Origin: Octopus sinensis
Lineage: Eukaryota
Direction of reading: 5' to 3'
NCBI RefSeq assembly: GCF_006345805.1
Contig: NC_043007.1
Location: forward strand, 75,454,001 to 75,518,000
Length of the DNA stretch: 64,000 nt
Positions 52,024-63,574 of this stretch are shown piece by piece. The notes under the pieces were generated by a model. That model did not search any database and had not been told where the DNA came from. It saw only the letters and a program-made list of their open reading frames with translations. The position numbers were made by a program, and so were the translations under genes. The stretch's first letter is position 1; every line of letters begins with the position of its first letter.

Positions 52024-52379
52024 CTCTCTTTACTCTTTTACTTAGTCGAGCAAATTGACCCCAGGACTTTGTAAGCCTAGTACTTATTCTATCGGTATTC
52101 CTTGCTGAACCGCCAAGTTACGGGAATGCAAACACACCACCATCGGTTCTCAAGTGATGTTGGGGGGGGGGACAAACATATACGCACAAACATATACACA
52201 TACATATATGCATACATACATACATACAGACAGACAGATAGACATACATACATACATACAGACATACAGACATACATACATACACACATACATTCATACA
52301 TACATACATACATACATACATACATACATACATAGTGGTGTGGCTCAGGTTCGACTTTCTCTTATTCTTCTACATTTTG

Positions 52380-52900
52380 CTGGTCGTTTTCTTTGATGAT
52401 CTTCTACAATGTCGAAGGAAATTCCACTGCTGCGTGTTATTCAGCTAATGCGCTTTCACCTTGCTTTTTAAGGAAGTGATAACTTCTCCGGTTTTTAAAT
52501 CTCATAAACCATCTTTGACTTACCTTGAGCTCTACATCTTTCTCATCTGGATATTTTTCTTTCAGGTCCTCAAAAACAATGATTTCTCCTGAACGATTTC
52601 TTGACTAAGAGTAGCATTCGTACAATTCTGCCTAACAATCCAAATAGATAGAAGACTTTCCATTTCTTCAAAGACGTTGATTACAGTGTTCTTCATTCCT
52701 GGTGCTTCAGATGTGATATATGTTAAAATCTTCTCCTCATTATGCACAATCATTGATACAGTTGTCTGACTCACCCCAAAAGACCATGCAATCACCACAA
52801 CTTTTTCACCTTTGTTATGATGCTTTATAACCACCAACTTATCTTCTAGTGTTGTAGCATGATGCTTAGCACTTTCACCAGAACTTTTCTTAGGTGGCAT
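52380..52900 (-). pseudogene. Tigger/pogo transposase N-terminus (CENP-B-type HTH), degenerate
   Basis: MPPKK...TLEDKLVVIKHHNKGEK..IAWSFGVSQTTVSMIV...EMESLLSIWI...LSQEIVQEKS. Confidence 0.8.
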
Positions 52901-53463
52901 GGGGGCAAAAGTTACAAATGAATGTAAATGAGAGAATCTAAACGATAAACAGATGTAAATAAATCTGAATTTAAAACAATTGTGGAAATCACAACAATGT
53001 CTAACAGTAGATATTGGAACTACCAGTGCAATAAGAGCTTTGAAAGACAGATAAATAAGACAAAAAAGCTAATTTCATGCTTTAGTGAACTAGGCAACCC
53101 TACGTTATGGTGTATATATTTCTTTATTGTCTACAGGGGGCTAAACATAGAAGGGACAAACAAGGACAGGCAAAGGGATGAAGTCAATTATATCGACCCC
53201 AGTGCGTAACTGGTACTTATTTAATCGACCCCGAAAGGATGAAAGACAAAGTCGACCTCGGCGGAATTTGAACTCAGAACGTAGTGGCAGACGAAATACC
53301 GCTAATATAATAATTATTATATTATATTTTTATGCTTTTTGAGATCTAGTTATAAGTTATATGTTTTATAATATATATTTGTTATTTATGTATTGGTTTA
53401 TGTCTATCACTGGTTGAGTTGCATAGTAGTGGTTTTTATCTCTAATTCATATAAATATATATA

Positions 53464-53511
<48 letters not shown>

Positions 53512-53515
<4 letters not shown>

Positions 53516-54215
53516 TCATCATCGTTTAACGTCCGTTTTCCATGCTAGCATGGGTTGGACGGTTCAACTGGGGTCTGGGAAGTCAGAAGGCTGTGCCAGG
53601 CCCAGTCTGATCTGGCAGATCTGGTTTCTACAGCTGGATGCTACAGCTTGCCCTTCCCAACTAAACCACTCCGTGAGTGTAGTGGGTGCTTTTTACATGC
53701 CACCTGCACAGGTGCTAGACAAGGCTGGCAAACGGTCATGATCAGATGGTATGTTTTACTTGCCTCCGGCACGGGGGCCAGACGAGGCTGGCAACGGCCA
53801 CAATTGGATGGACCTCTTATGTGCCACCGGCACTGGTATCACAGCTACAATTTCCATTGATGTTGATCGAAATTCGATTTTGATTTTCACTTGCCTCAAC
53901 AGGTCTTCACAAGTAGGGTTTGTGTCCCAAGAAGGAAAGGTATGCATATGTGGACTGGCTACATCCCAGGTAGAGGCCACGGGTTATGGTCTCACTTGTC
54001 CTGCCGGGTCTTCCCACACACAGCATACTTCCAAAGGTCTCAGTCTCTGGTCATTTCCTCGGTGAGACCTAAAGTTCGAAGGTCATGCTTCACCACCTCG
54101 TCCCAGGTTTTCCTGGGTCTACCTCTTCCACAGGTTCTCTCAACCGCTAGGATGTGGTACTTTTTCACACAACTATATTCATCCATTCTCGTTACATGAC
54201 CATACCAGCGCAAAT
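53512..54215 (-). mobile_element. RTE LINE 3' end
   Basis: End of ORF2, 3' UTR and (ATG)n tail. Confidence 0.88.
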
Positions 54216-54545
54216 GTCTCTATAATGAAATTATTGTGTATAGTGCTTGGGTGCACTACAACTCATTGAAGGTGCATGTATAGTACATAGGATTATGTAC
54301 AAAATCAGGAAAGTGAACAGTGTATGAGTCATGACATACATATGTTCATGCATATGGAGTGAGGGGGATATCAGGTGTAGTGTTGGTCAATTTCAGGAAG
54401 TATGGAGGTTTCAAATATATATATATATATGTCTCTTTTTTTGTATCACCTAACTGTCTGGTTGTTTGCATTCTTGTCCCATTTTTGTATTTGTTATATA
54501 TAAAAATATAGCGGCATACGTACACTTTCTTCTCTTATATGTAAG

Positions 54546-54576
<31 letters not shown>

Positions 54577-54600
54577 GTAAGTATATATATATATATATAT

Positions 54601-55181
54601 CATCATCATCATCATCATCGTTTAGCGTCCGTTTTCCATGCTAGCATGGGTTGGACGGTTCTACTGGGGTCTGTGAAGCCAGAAGGCTTCATCAGGCCCA
54701 GTCAAATCTGGCAGTGTTTCTACGGCTGGATGGCCTTCCTAACTCCAACCACTCCGTGAGTGTAGTGGGTGCTTTTTACATGCACCCGCACAGGTGCCAG
54801 ACAGAGCTGGCGAACGGCCACGAACGGATGGTGCTTTTTATGTGCCACTGGCACGAGGGCCAGGCGAGGCTGGCAACGGATACGAACGGATGGTGCTTTT
54901 TACGTGCCACCGGCACGAGGCCAGTTGGGGCGGAGCTGGCAACGGTCGCGAAACGGAAGGTTCTCTTACATGCCACCGGCACTGGTAACACATCTGCAAT
55001 TTCCATTGATCGATTTCGATTCTGATCCTCACTTGCCTCAACAGGTCTTCACAAGTAGAGTTTTGTGTCCCAAGAAGGGAAGGTATGCATACGTAGGCTG
55101 GCTACATCCCATGTAGAAGGCCACGGGTTATGGACTCACTTGTCCTGCTGGGTCTTCTCGCGCACAGCACACTTCCAGAGG
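54601..55181 (-). mobile_element. RTE LINE 3' end
   Basis: 3' UTR with about 4 minisatellite units and tail. Confidence 0.88.
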
Positions 55182-55900
55182 TAAATTTTGTATAACTCTA
55201 TTATTCTTTCTATTCTTTCATTCTTTCCTTCTCTCTATCAGCTCTTTCACACTTACTTCATTCATTCCACTCTTTGTTTTTTCATTCCCCCTCTCTCACA
55301 TTTCCTGGCCTTCCCTTCATGCTCACTTTCCCTTCTCTTTCACTTCACTGAGTCCCTTTCATTTTTTCACGCCCCTCCTTAATTCTTCTATCTCTCTCTC
55401 TTCTCTCCCCGCCTGACCAGGTTTCGGGCAAGCCTGACCTTTCTTTCTTGGCTCGACTACCATCTGTGTGATATCTATATTCCTCCCTGTGCCTGTCAAA
55501 TCTTATGTCCCCGCCATAAGACTTTACTTCCATACACGCCAGCTTAATTTGATTCGTCCCTAGTTGAAAGACACCTGTTGTTATGTCCTGTTATTTGCAA
55601 TTGTATTGGTGTGACATTTCTCCGTTTTTTTCCGTCCTTGCTTTTGTATACATTCGCTGCTTTCTTCCAAGGAATCTAATGCTCTTAGCTTAGTTTTTCC
55701 TTTGAGCTGGCCAGATTGGAGTAATCTTGAGTATAACCAGCCGAAATTGCAAAGATAATCTGAAACTCAACAGAGGAAAGAAAACTCTGAATGACCCGTC
55801 CTTGTTTTCTTTGTATTGTCTGTCTGGATGTTTTGTCCCTTTTTTTTTATCACCTAACTGTCTGGATGTTTGCGTTCTTGTCCCATTTTTATATTTTATA

Positions 55901-57728
55901 TAGAATCGAAGGGCCTTAGAGTCAACCTAGCTAAAACAAAAGTCGTAATAAGTAGGAAGGTAGACAAATCACAAACGCCTTCAGGTAGATGGCCCTGCTC
56001 GATCTGTAGAAAAGGTGTAGGTAGAAACTCTATAAGATGCACCAAGTGTAAGCTATGGACACATAAGAGGTGCAGCAATGTCATAGGAAGGCTAACTAGG
56101 AAGATGGTTTTTGTATGTGGCAGATGCTCGGGGAGCATTAACCTCTGAAAATCGCAGAAAACAACTTCCGTCACTTTCCAGGGGGAAAAACTAGAAGTAG
56201 TTGATAGCTTCCGTTATCTTGGTGACCAAGTCAGTAGTGGGGGTGGGTGTGCTGAAAGTGTAACGGCTAGAGTAAGAATAGCCTGGGCAAAGTTTAGGGA
56301 GCTCTTACCTCTGTTGGTGACTAAAGGCCTCTCGCTCAGAGTAAAAGGCAGACTGTATGATGCATGTGTACGAACAGCCATGCTACATGGCAGTGAAACA
56401 TGGGCCGTGACTGCTGAGGACATGCGTAAGCTCGCGAGAAATGAAGCTAGTATGCTCCGTTGGATGTGTAATGTCAGTGTTCATAGTCGACAGAGTGTAA
56501 GTACCTTGAGAGAAAAGTTGGACCTAAGAGGCATCAGATGTTGTGTGCAAGAGAGACGATTGCGCTGGTATGGTCATGTGGCGAGAATGGATGAAGATAG
56601 GTGTGTGAAAAAGTGCCACACCCTGGCAGTTGAGGGGACCTGTGGAAGAGGTAGACCCAGGAAAACCTGGGTCGAGGTGGTGAAGCATGACCTTCGAACT
56701 CTAGGTTTCACCAAGGAAATGACCAGAGACCGAGACCTATGGAAGTATGCTGTGCGTCAGAAGACCCGGCAAGACCAGTGAGAACAATCAAAATCAAATC
56801 ATATATCAGAAAGCAGGGGTTAAGGGACCCATCTGTTCGTGTCCACTGTCAGCCTCGTCTGGCACCCGTGTCGGTGATACGTAAAAGCACCATTCGCTCG
56901 TGGCCGTTTGCCAGCTCTGTCTGGCCCCCGTGTCGGTGGCACGTAAAAGCACCATCCGTTCAGTTCGTTGCCAGCCTCGCCTGGCCCATGCCGGTGACAC
57001 GTAAAAGCACGTCCGTTCGTGGCCGTTTGCCAGCTCCGTCTGGCCCCGTGTCGGTGGCACATAAAAGCACCGTCCGTTCGTGTCCGTTGCCAGCTCGGTG
57101 GCTGGCCCCATGCCGGTGACACGTAAAAGCACCGTCCGTTCGTGGCCGTTTGCCAGCTTGTCTGGCCCCGTGTCCGTGGCACGTAAAAGCACCATCCGTT
57201 CATGTTCATTGCCAGCCTCGGCTGGCCCCGTGCAGGTGACACGTAAAAGCACCGTCCGTTCGTGGCCATTTGCCAGCTCTGTCTGGCCCTGTGTCGGTGG
57301 CACATAAAAGCACCATCCGTTCGTGTTCATAGCCAGCCTTGCTGGCCCCGGCAGGTGACACGTAAAAGCACCGTCGTTCGTGGCCGTTTGCCAGCTCTGT
57401 CTGGCCCAGTGTCGGTGGCACGTAAAAGCACCATTCGTTCGTGTCCGTTGCCAGCATTGCCTGGCCCCGTGCCGGTGACACGTAAAAACACCATCCGTTC
57501 GTGGCCGTTCGCCAGCTCTGTCTGGCACCTGTGCAGGTGGCACGTAAAAAACACCCACTACACTCGCGGAGTGGTTGGCGTTAGGAAGGGCATCCAGCCG
57601 TAGAAACACTGCCAAATCTGACTGGGCCTGATGAAGCCTTCCGGCTTCACAGACCCCAGTTAAACCGTCCAACCCATGCTAGCATGGAAAACGGACGCTA
57701 AATGATGATGATGATGATGATGATGATA
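55901..57728 (+). mobile_element. 5'-truncated RTE LINE with an expanded 3'-UTR minisatellite
   Basis: ORF2 C-terminus 55901-56781 (MLHGSETW, LRWYGHVARM, GRGRPRKTW), (ATG)n tail to 57728. Confidence 0.93.
56830..57552 (+). repeat. Tandem array of ~59-bp units organised as a ~119-bp dimeric higher-order repeat (~12 units)
   Basis: GTG(A/G)CACGTAAAAGCACC cores alternate strictly GTGA/GTGG, each followed by a GCCAG..CTGGC hairpin. Confidence 0.9.
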
Positions 57729-57730
57729 TG

Positions 57731-57925
57731 TAAATCCAAAAAAAGAAGATGAACAAACACAAAGAACAACAATGCGAGGACGTTATTACATGTAAAATAT
57801 TAGCAGATACTCAGGAAAGGAAAGAAAGATGGTTTAATGTTTCGAGCAAAGCTCTCCTTCAGAAATGGAGGAAAGTCCAATAGAAAAGAAGACAGAGGAA
57901 GAAAATCGCCAACGATTCACATGTA
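57731..57925 (-). mobile_element. Hammerhead-containing element, copy C (core degenerate: CUGAAGG)
   Basis: Minus strand 57866-57832: ATTT-CTGAAGG-A-GAGC-TTT-GCTC-GAAA-C-ATT|AAAC. Confidence 0.65.
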
Positions 57926-58708
57926 TTACGTTTTAATGTATGTACACTACCGTCAGAAATTAATTAGCACCCTTGATTTGCTCTTCACTCAAGGTATGTG
58001 CTGTCACCTAGTGGCCATATCTCGAACTATTGCTTTGTTGCGAGTTCACTGTTGCGCAGAACGATGACGTAACTTTGTTTGCAGAGCAGTTTGAGAGTCT
58101 ACAGCCTTATGATGTTGACATAGCAGTGCAACAACAACTTGGAGTGCGGTTGCAGACAAATCTTCCTTTGTTAATAGATATAGGTAGCGCCTCGCAAGGA
58201 CCAAAATCACACCATACTAAGTTTTTCTCATCGCGTAAGACGTTTTGAAACAGCTCATAAGTTAATTGATTTAACCTATTTAATGTAGAATTTGAGAAGT
58301 GCTAATTAATTTCTGACGCAAGTGTATATATATATATGTATAATTTAAAAAATACATATATATTCCTTTAATCTTTCCTTTACCTTCTCCCATGCTGTCT
58401 CTACTCTTAACCATTCTGTCCTATAATCTAACAACATCTACACTTCTTCATTTATTTAAACTGTTCAACTTTATTTTTTTAAAAATCATTGGATGTAATT
58501 CTTTCATTTTTTTTTTTCATTTAAATAAATACTCCAGTGGATGCACAAGCTTATTCAGTTTTGACATATTTTATAGGGCGACCAAGACCATTTCCACTTA
58601 TTCTTGGAATTCTTCATTTTTCTTCATTTTCCTTTTCTGGTTACTGATTTTATCATAACTAAAGGAGGCTATAAATAAGTCATACTACTACTACTACTAC
58701 TACTACTA

Positions 58709-59630
58709 CTAGTATTCTACTGAAGAGAAAAGAAGTTCGGTAAGATAGAATATTTAATATTTAATATTTAATTCTTATGCTTTCCTAAAAACTGATTTCG
58801 AAACGTACGTCCGTAGATAACTTAAAATGTATGTAGATTGCCGTCAATCATTCTCTCTTACCTGTTTGTCTGCCTTCAAATTGCTGTTTTTACTGAGATC
58901 TCCTTTTTATAGAAGAAATAGCTTAAACCCCTTTGACTGCTATTTCTAAATCGGTATGTGGTAAGGATTCGTGTGCTACCCTTTATGCTTAGTATTACTA
59001 AATTTTCCTCGAATGAGGCTTTTACATGCCGAAGATAATTGGTGTAGTATGATAATATTCCAAATTAATTATTTCACCATTCATATTACAACCATATTTT
59101 ATCTCAGTAGATGACCACATCATCTGTTTTGGCACACGCTGGGAAGGGCTCAGGGGACACAACGTTCATCACAAATTGAATGATACTAGTGGGATTCTAG
59201 CTCGCTGATACTGAGTTAGTTGGTGCCTTCTAGTATCTCAAAATTCATATAAATCATTTATCTAGTATTCTACTTAGAAGTTCGGTAAGATAGAATTATT
59301 TAATATTTAATATGTATCTTATGCTTTCCTAAAAACTTGATTCGAAACGTACGTCCGTAGATAACTAAAAATGTATGATAGATTGCCGCAATTCATTCTC
59401 TCTTACTGTTTGTGTCTGCCTTCAAATTGCTGTTTTTACTGAGATCTCCTTTTTAAAGAAGAAACTATAAACCCTGACATGCCTATTTCTAAATTCGTAT
59501 GTGTAGCAACTCGTTGCTAAACCTTATGCTAGTATACTTAAATTTTCCTCGAATGAGGCTTTTACAGCCGAAGACTACTTGTGTGTAATTGATAATTTGT
59601 TCCAAATAATTAATTTCACCCTTCATTATT
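58709..59630. repeat. Direct duplication of a ~370-bp segment (58709-59080 and 59262-59630)
   Basis: CTAGTATTCTACT...GTTCGGTAAGATAGAAT...CGAAACGTACGTCCGTAG...CCTCGAATGAGGCTTTTACA(T)GCCGAAGA in both copies. Differences are mostly small indels. Confidence 0.85.
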
Positions 59631-59881
59631 TACGGATATATATAATAATATATATATGTATATATATATATAATATATATATTATATATACAGATAATGA
59701 TGGGCCCTCTTTCAGTTTCTGTCTACCAAATCACTCACAAGGTCTGGTTGGCGCAGGCTATAGTAGAAGACACTTGCCCAAGGGCCACACAGTGGGACTG
59801 ACCCAGAACATGTGGTTGTAAGCAAGCTACTTACCACACAGCCAATCCTGCGCCTATATATGTATATATATACAATATAGC

Positions 59882-59912
<31 letters not shown>

Positions 59913-60404
59913 TCTTTTATTCTTTTACTTGTTTCAGTCATTTGACTACGATCATGCTGGAGCACCACCTTTAGTTGAACAAATCAACCTCAGGAATTAT
60001 TCTTTGTAAGCCTAGTACTTATTCTATCAGGCTCTTTTGCCAAACCCCTAAGTTATGGGGTGTGTGCCTTTGTGTCTATGCTTGTCATCCACCACCGCTT
60101 GACAATCAATGTTGGTTTGTTTACGTCTCTGTAACTTAACGGTTCAGCAAAAGAGACCAATAGAATAAGTACAAGGTTTAGAAAAAAAGGTACTGGGGTC
60201 AATTCATTTGATTAAAAATATTTTTCAAGGCCGTTCCCCAGCATGGCTACGGTCTAATGACTGAAACAAGAAAAAAAAAACTAACTAAATAAATAAGTAA
60301 ATAAGTAAATAAGTATGTATATATGTGTGTGCTTGCCTGCAAACATACACACACACAGATGCACACACACACACACACAAACACACACACATACACACAC
60401 ACAC

Positions 60405-61066
60405 ACATTCCACAGGGAAATTCTCACAATTCCTCTTTTAAAAAAGTCCTTGTACATAGGTTGTTAAATGTACTTCTCCAAGACCTCTGCCAAACAAATG
60501 ATGTGATAACAGAGGAACAAGCAGGGGGAAAGAAAGAAATCTGGGGTTGTGCTAGACAACTTCTCATCAACAAAGCTGTCCTTAAGGAAACTAAGCAACA
60601 TTACCATAATCTCTTAACAATATGGCTAAATTATATGAAGGCATTTGACCCTGTCCCTCACTCACCAATGCTAGAATCATCACACCTACTAAATATCCGA
60701 TTAACAAAAGAGACATAAATAACACCCAACCTCTATGTTATGATAGAAAATATCAGTTATGCTATACCAGTGTGGATGATATCACCCACATCAGCAGCAG
60801 CTGCTCCAAAAATGTCTATGAGATACTACCTACCCTTGAGAAATGAGATACTCTTTTTTCTTTATTCTTTTACTTGTTTCAGTCATTTGACTGTGGCCAT
60901 GCTGGAGCACTGCCTTTAGTCGAGCAAATCGACCCCAAGACTTATTCTTTGTAAGCCTAGTACTTATTCTATCGGTGTCTTTTTCCGAACTGCTAAGTTA
61001 CAGGGATGTAAACACACTAGCATCGGTTGTCAAGCGACGTTGGGGGGGACAAACACAGACACACAA

Positions 61067-61097
<31 letters not shown>

Positions 61098-61740
61098 CGA
61101 TGGCTTCTTTCAGTTTCTGTCTACCAAATCCACTCACAAGGCTTTGGTCAGCCCGAGGCTATAGTAGAAGACACTTGCCCAAGGTGCCACGCAGTGGGAC
61201 TGAACCTGGAACCATGTGGCTGGTAAGCAAGCTACTTACCACACAGCCCACTTCTACACCTAGTTGCAAAACCTATTTACAATTCTGTCTGCAAGAAGGA
61301 CTGCCCAGATAGATATATGAAAGGAATGCCAGAATCAGAATGTATTTACACCAGTAAAAACAAGGAAAGCAAATGGAATATTCCAATAAAACCAGCAATT
61401 AATTGCAAACATAACAGACCTGATATTGTTTTGAGGGAGAGAGAATGAAATTCATGTAACTTTGTAGAGGTCAGCTGCTCAGTGGATGTGAGTGTACCAT
61501 CAAAAAGTTCAGGGAAAATAGAGAATATTTATAGTCAACTATTGTGAAATACACTGCTCTTGTACCCTGGCTATAAATTTTCATTTTTCCTCTATCATCA
61601 TAAGAGCATGAGGCTATGTAATTACAGATTTGCACAAAAATCGGAAAATGCTAGGATTTAAAAAAGAGCAAAGAAACTGATGTGCATCCTCCTAATCCAA
61701 TCTATTTGTGGTTCAGTGAAAATTTGTCATATTCCAAAGA
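60405..61740 (+). mobile_element. Degenerate R4/Dong-like (restriction-like endonuclease) LINE interrupted by a SINE
   Basis: RT: EEQAGGKKEIWGCARQLLINKAV...WLNYMKAFDPVPH. Downstream NRPDIV...VEVSCSVD, a PD-(D/E)xK-like endonuclease motif. SINE type 1 at 60851-61247. Confidence 0.7.
60851..61247 (-). mobile_element. SINE type 1
   Basis: Reverse complement of the 2458-type element. Confidence 0.9.
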
Positions 61741-62639
61741 CTCTCCAAATGAGATTCTTTAAATGAACACTTGCACGCACTTGGTTGTGTGCATGTACAG
61801 AGACACACATGTAAAAAGTAATGATGCATGTGTACATGTGTGTGCACATACACACACATGCACAAACATTTAAGTACTAAAGTGGCAATGTTACACAAAA
61901 CCTAAGTGCATGTATATACACCTACATCTATGAACAAACTAACTCAACTACACAATTACAAATTCTGGGAACCATTCAAATTTGAAAGGCCTTATCACTT
62001 TGTTAGCAACTTGCCTGAACTCCAATAAAAAGTTGGAGTTCAAGCCAGTTGCTATGTATGTATGAAAGAGAAATGATTACATCATGTGTATATTCAACAG
62101 TGAAACTGATATGAAATTAGGTGAAAAATTCCTGAATAGGTACTCTAAGAGTACAGCTGTTCTCTATGAATCTTGGAAGTGAATACTCATTATAGTTGCT
62201 TGGGTACATATTCCACTGGCCAGAAAATACCAACAATATTGACAACAATTGTGGCCTTTCAGGGAACTGTGATAGATGCACCACATATTACCACAAAGCT
62301 ATGCTTTTGCTCATCAGGGACAAGAGTAGCTACCAAATACCTGTCGAACAGGAGAGCTAAGAATGTACATACATAAGATATACTCTGTTGTGGAAATCTG
62401 CTGCCCTCTGAACACTAGTGTGGTAAAATAAATACAGAGGAAAGCAGACATCTACGGACCACTGGTAAGGAGTTTATCATTCTAGTCCCCAAGATACACT
62501 TTCAGTTTCATACCTATTACACTGGTTTACAAAAAGTTTTTTTTACTCTAAGGCAAGGATGTGAATAGGTACTTTTTTTTTACAAATTTTGATGTGATGA
62601 GTTCGATCTTCTGAACAGTTTTGCTCTGTCACCACTAGT

Positions 62640-63574
62640 TTTTTTGGCTTTCACATATCCCATTTGGTGATCCTTACATCTGGCTCGACCAGGTTTCACT
62701 GCTTAAGCCGGGATGCCAGGAGCTCTGACTACTGCTTAGATAGATGCAAATCACAGGCAGCGTCATTCAGGTCATCCTGCATGATCCACTGGGGCTCATT
62801 GCCACTTGCTCCTGAATAAACAGAGACATTGTCTTTGGAAGAGATCAACTTGGCAGAATCTTTCCCCGAAGGCATTTCTTCATCTGACAAAGGAAGAAGA
62901 TCCTTATTTGCTGGGGGTGTAGGGACAGGGAAATCATCTGAGTGGGGAACAGGTCTCATAGCTGAGGGAAGGTTGGGATACTCTCTCTCTCTTTTTTACT
63001 CTTTTACTTGTTTCAGTCATTTGACTGCGACCATGCTGGAGCACCGCCTTTAGTCGAGCAACTCGACCCCAGGACTTATTCTTTGTAAGCCCAGTACTTA
63101 TTCTATCGGTCTCTTTTGCCGAACCGCTAAGTGACGGGGACATAAACAAACCAGCATCGGTTGTCAAGCAATGCTATGGGGACAAACACAGACACACAAA
63201 CATACACGCACACATACATATATATATATACATATATACGACGGGCTTCTTTCAGTTTCCGTCTACCAAATCCATTCACAGGGCTTTGGTCGGCCCGACT
63301 TCATGGCTCTCCACAGACCATCAGGACTGCAAGGTAGAAGGCTGCTTCCTTGCTGTTAAACCACGCAGTTAGTCCATTGTTGCAGGGTTTACAACAGATT
63401 TGTGGGGCCCAGGATTTGTTCTGATCTCCAATTTTACAGTCAAAATAATGAAAGTAAGCAGGAAGGAAGTAATTGTTCGGTGCTGTGCAACTGTTGTGAA
63501 ATCCCCACACCTGTGAAATCCTGACAATTTGCCTTGTTGATGCATCCTTGGTGTTTTGAAGTGCCTGAAGCCAT
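62640..63574 (-). pseudogene. Degenerate CMC/Chapaev3-like transposase N-terminus, split by a SINE
   Basis: AYFHYFDCKIGDQNKSWAPQICCKPC...MVCGEP, then YPNLPSAMRPVPHSDDFPVPTPP, and DLHLSKQ*SELLASRLKQ. The family call is from memory of these motifs. Confidence 0.65.
62995..63298 (-). mobile_element. 5'-truncated SINE type 1
   Basis: Tail and body present, tRNA head missing. Confidence 0.85.

Noticed and set aside
55690-55765. Hammerhead-like GCTGG...CCAGC-C-GAAA stem
   Set aside because: There is no CUGANGA upstream and no stem I or cleavage triplet can be formed.
56830-57552. CRISPR-like array (repeated palindromic core GTG(A/G)CACGTAAAAGCACC)
   Set aside because: The intervening sequences are homologous alternating units, not unique spacers. 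There are no cas genes, the context is eukaryotic, and the array lies within an RTE 3' UTR.
58030-58248. 72-aa ORF or promoter-like unique segment
   Set aside because: TTG start, no recognisable domain and no splice partners found.
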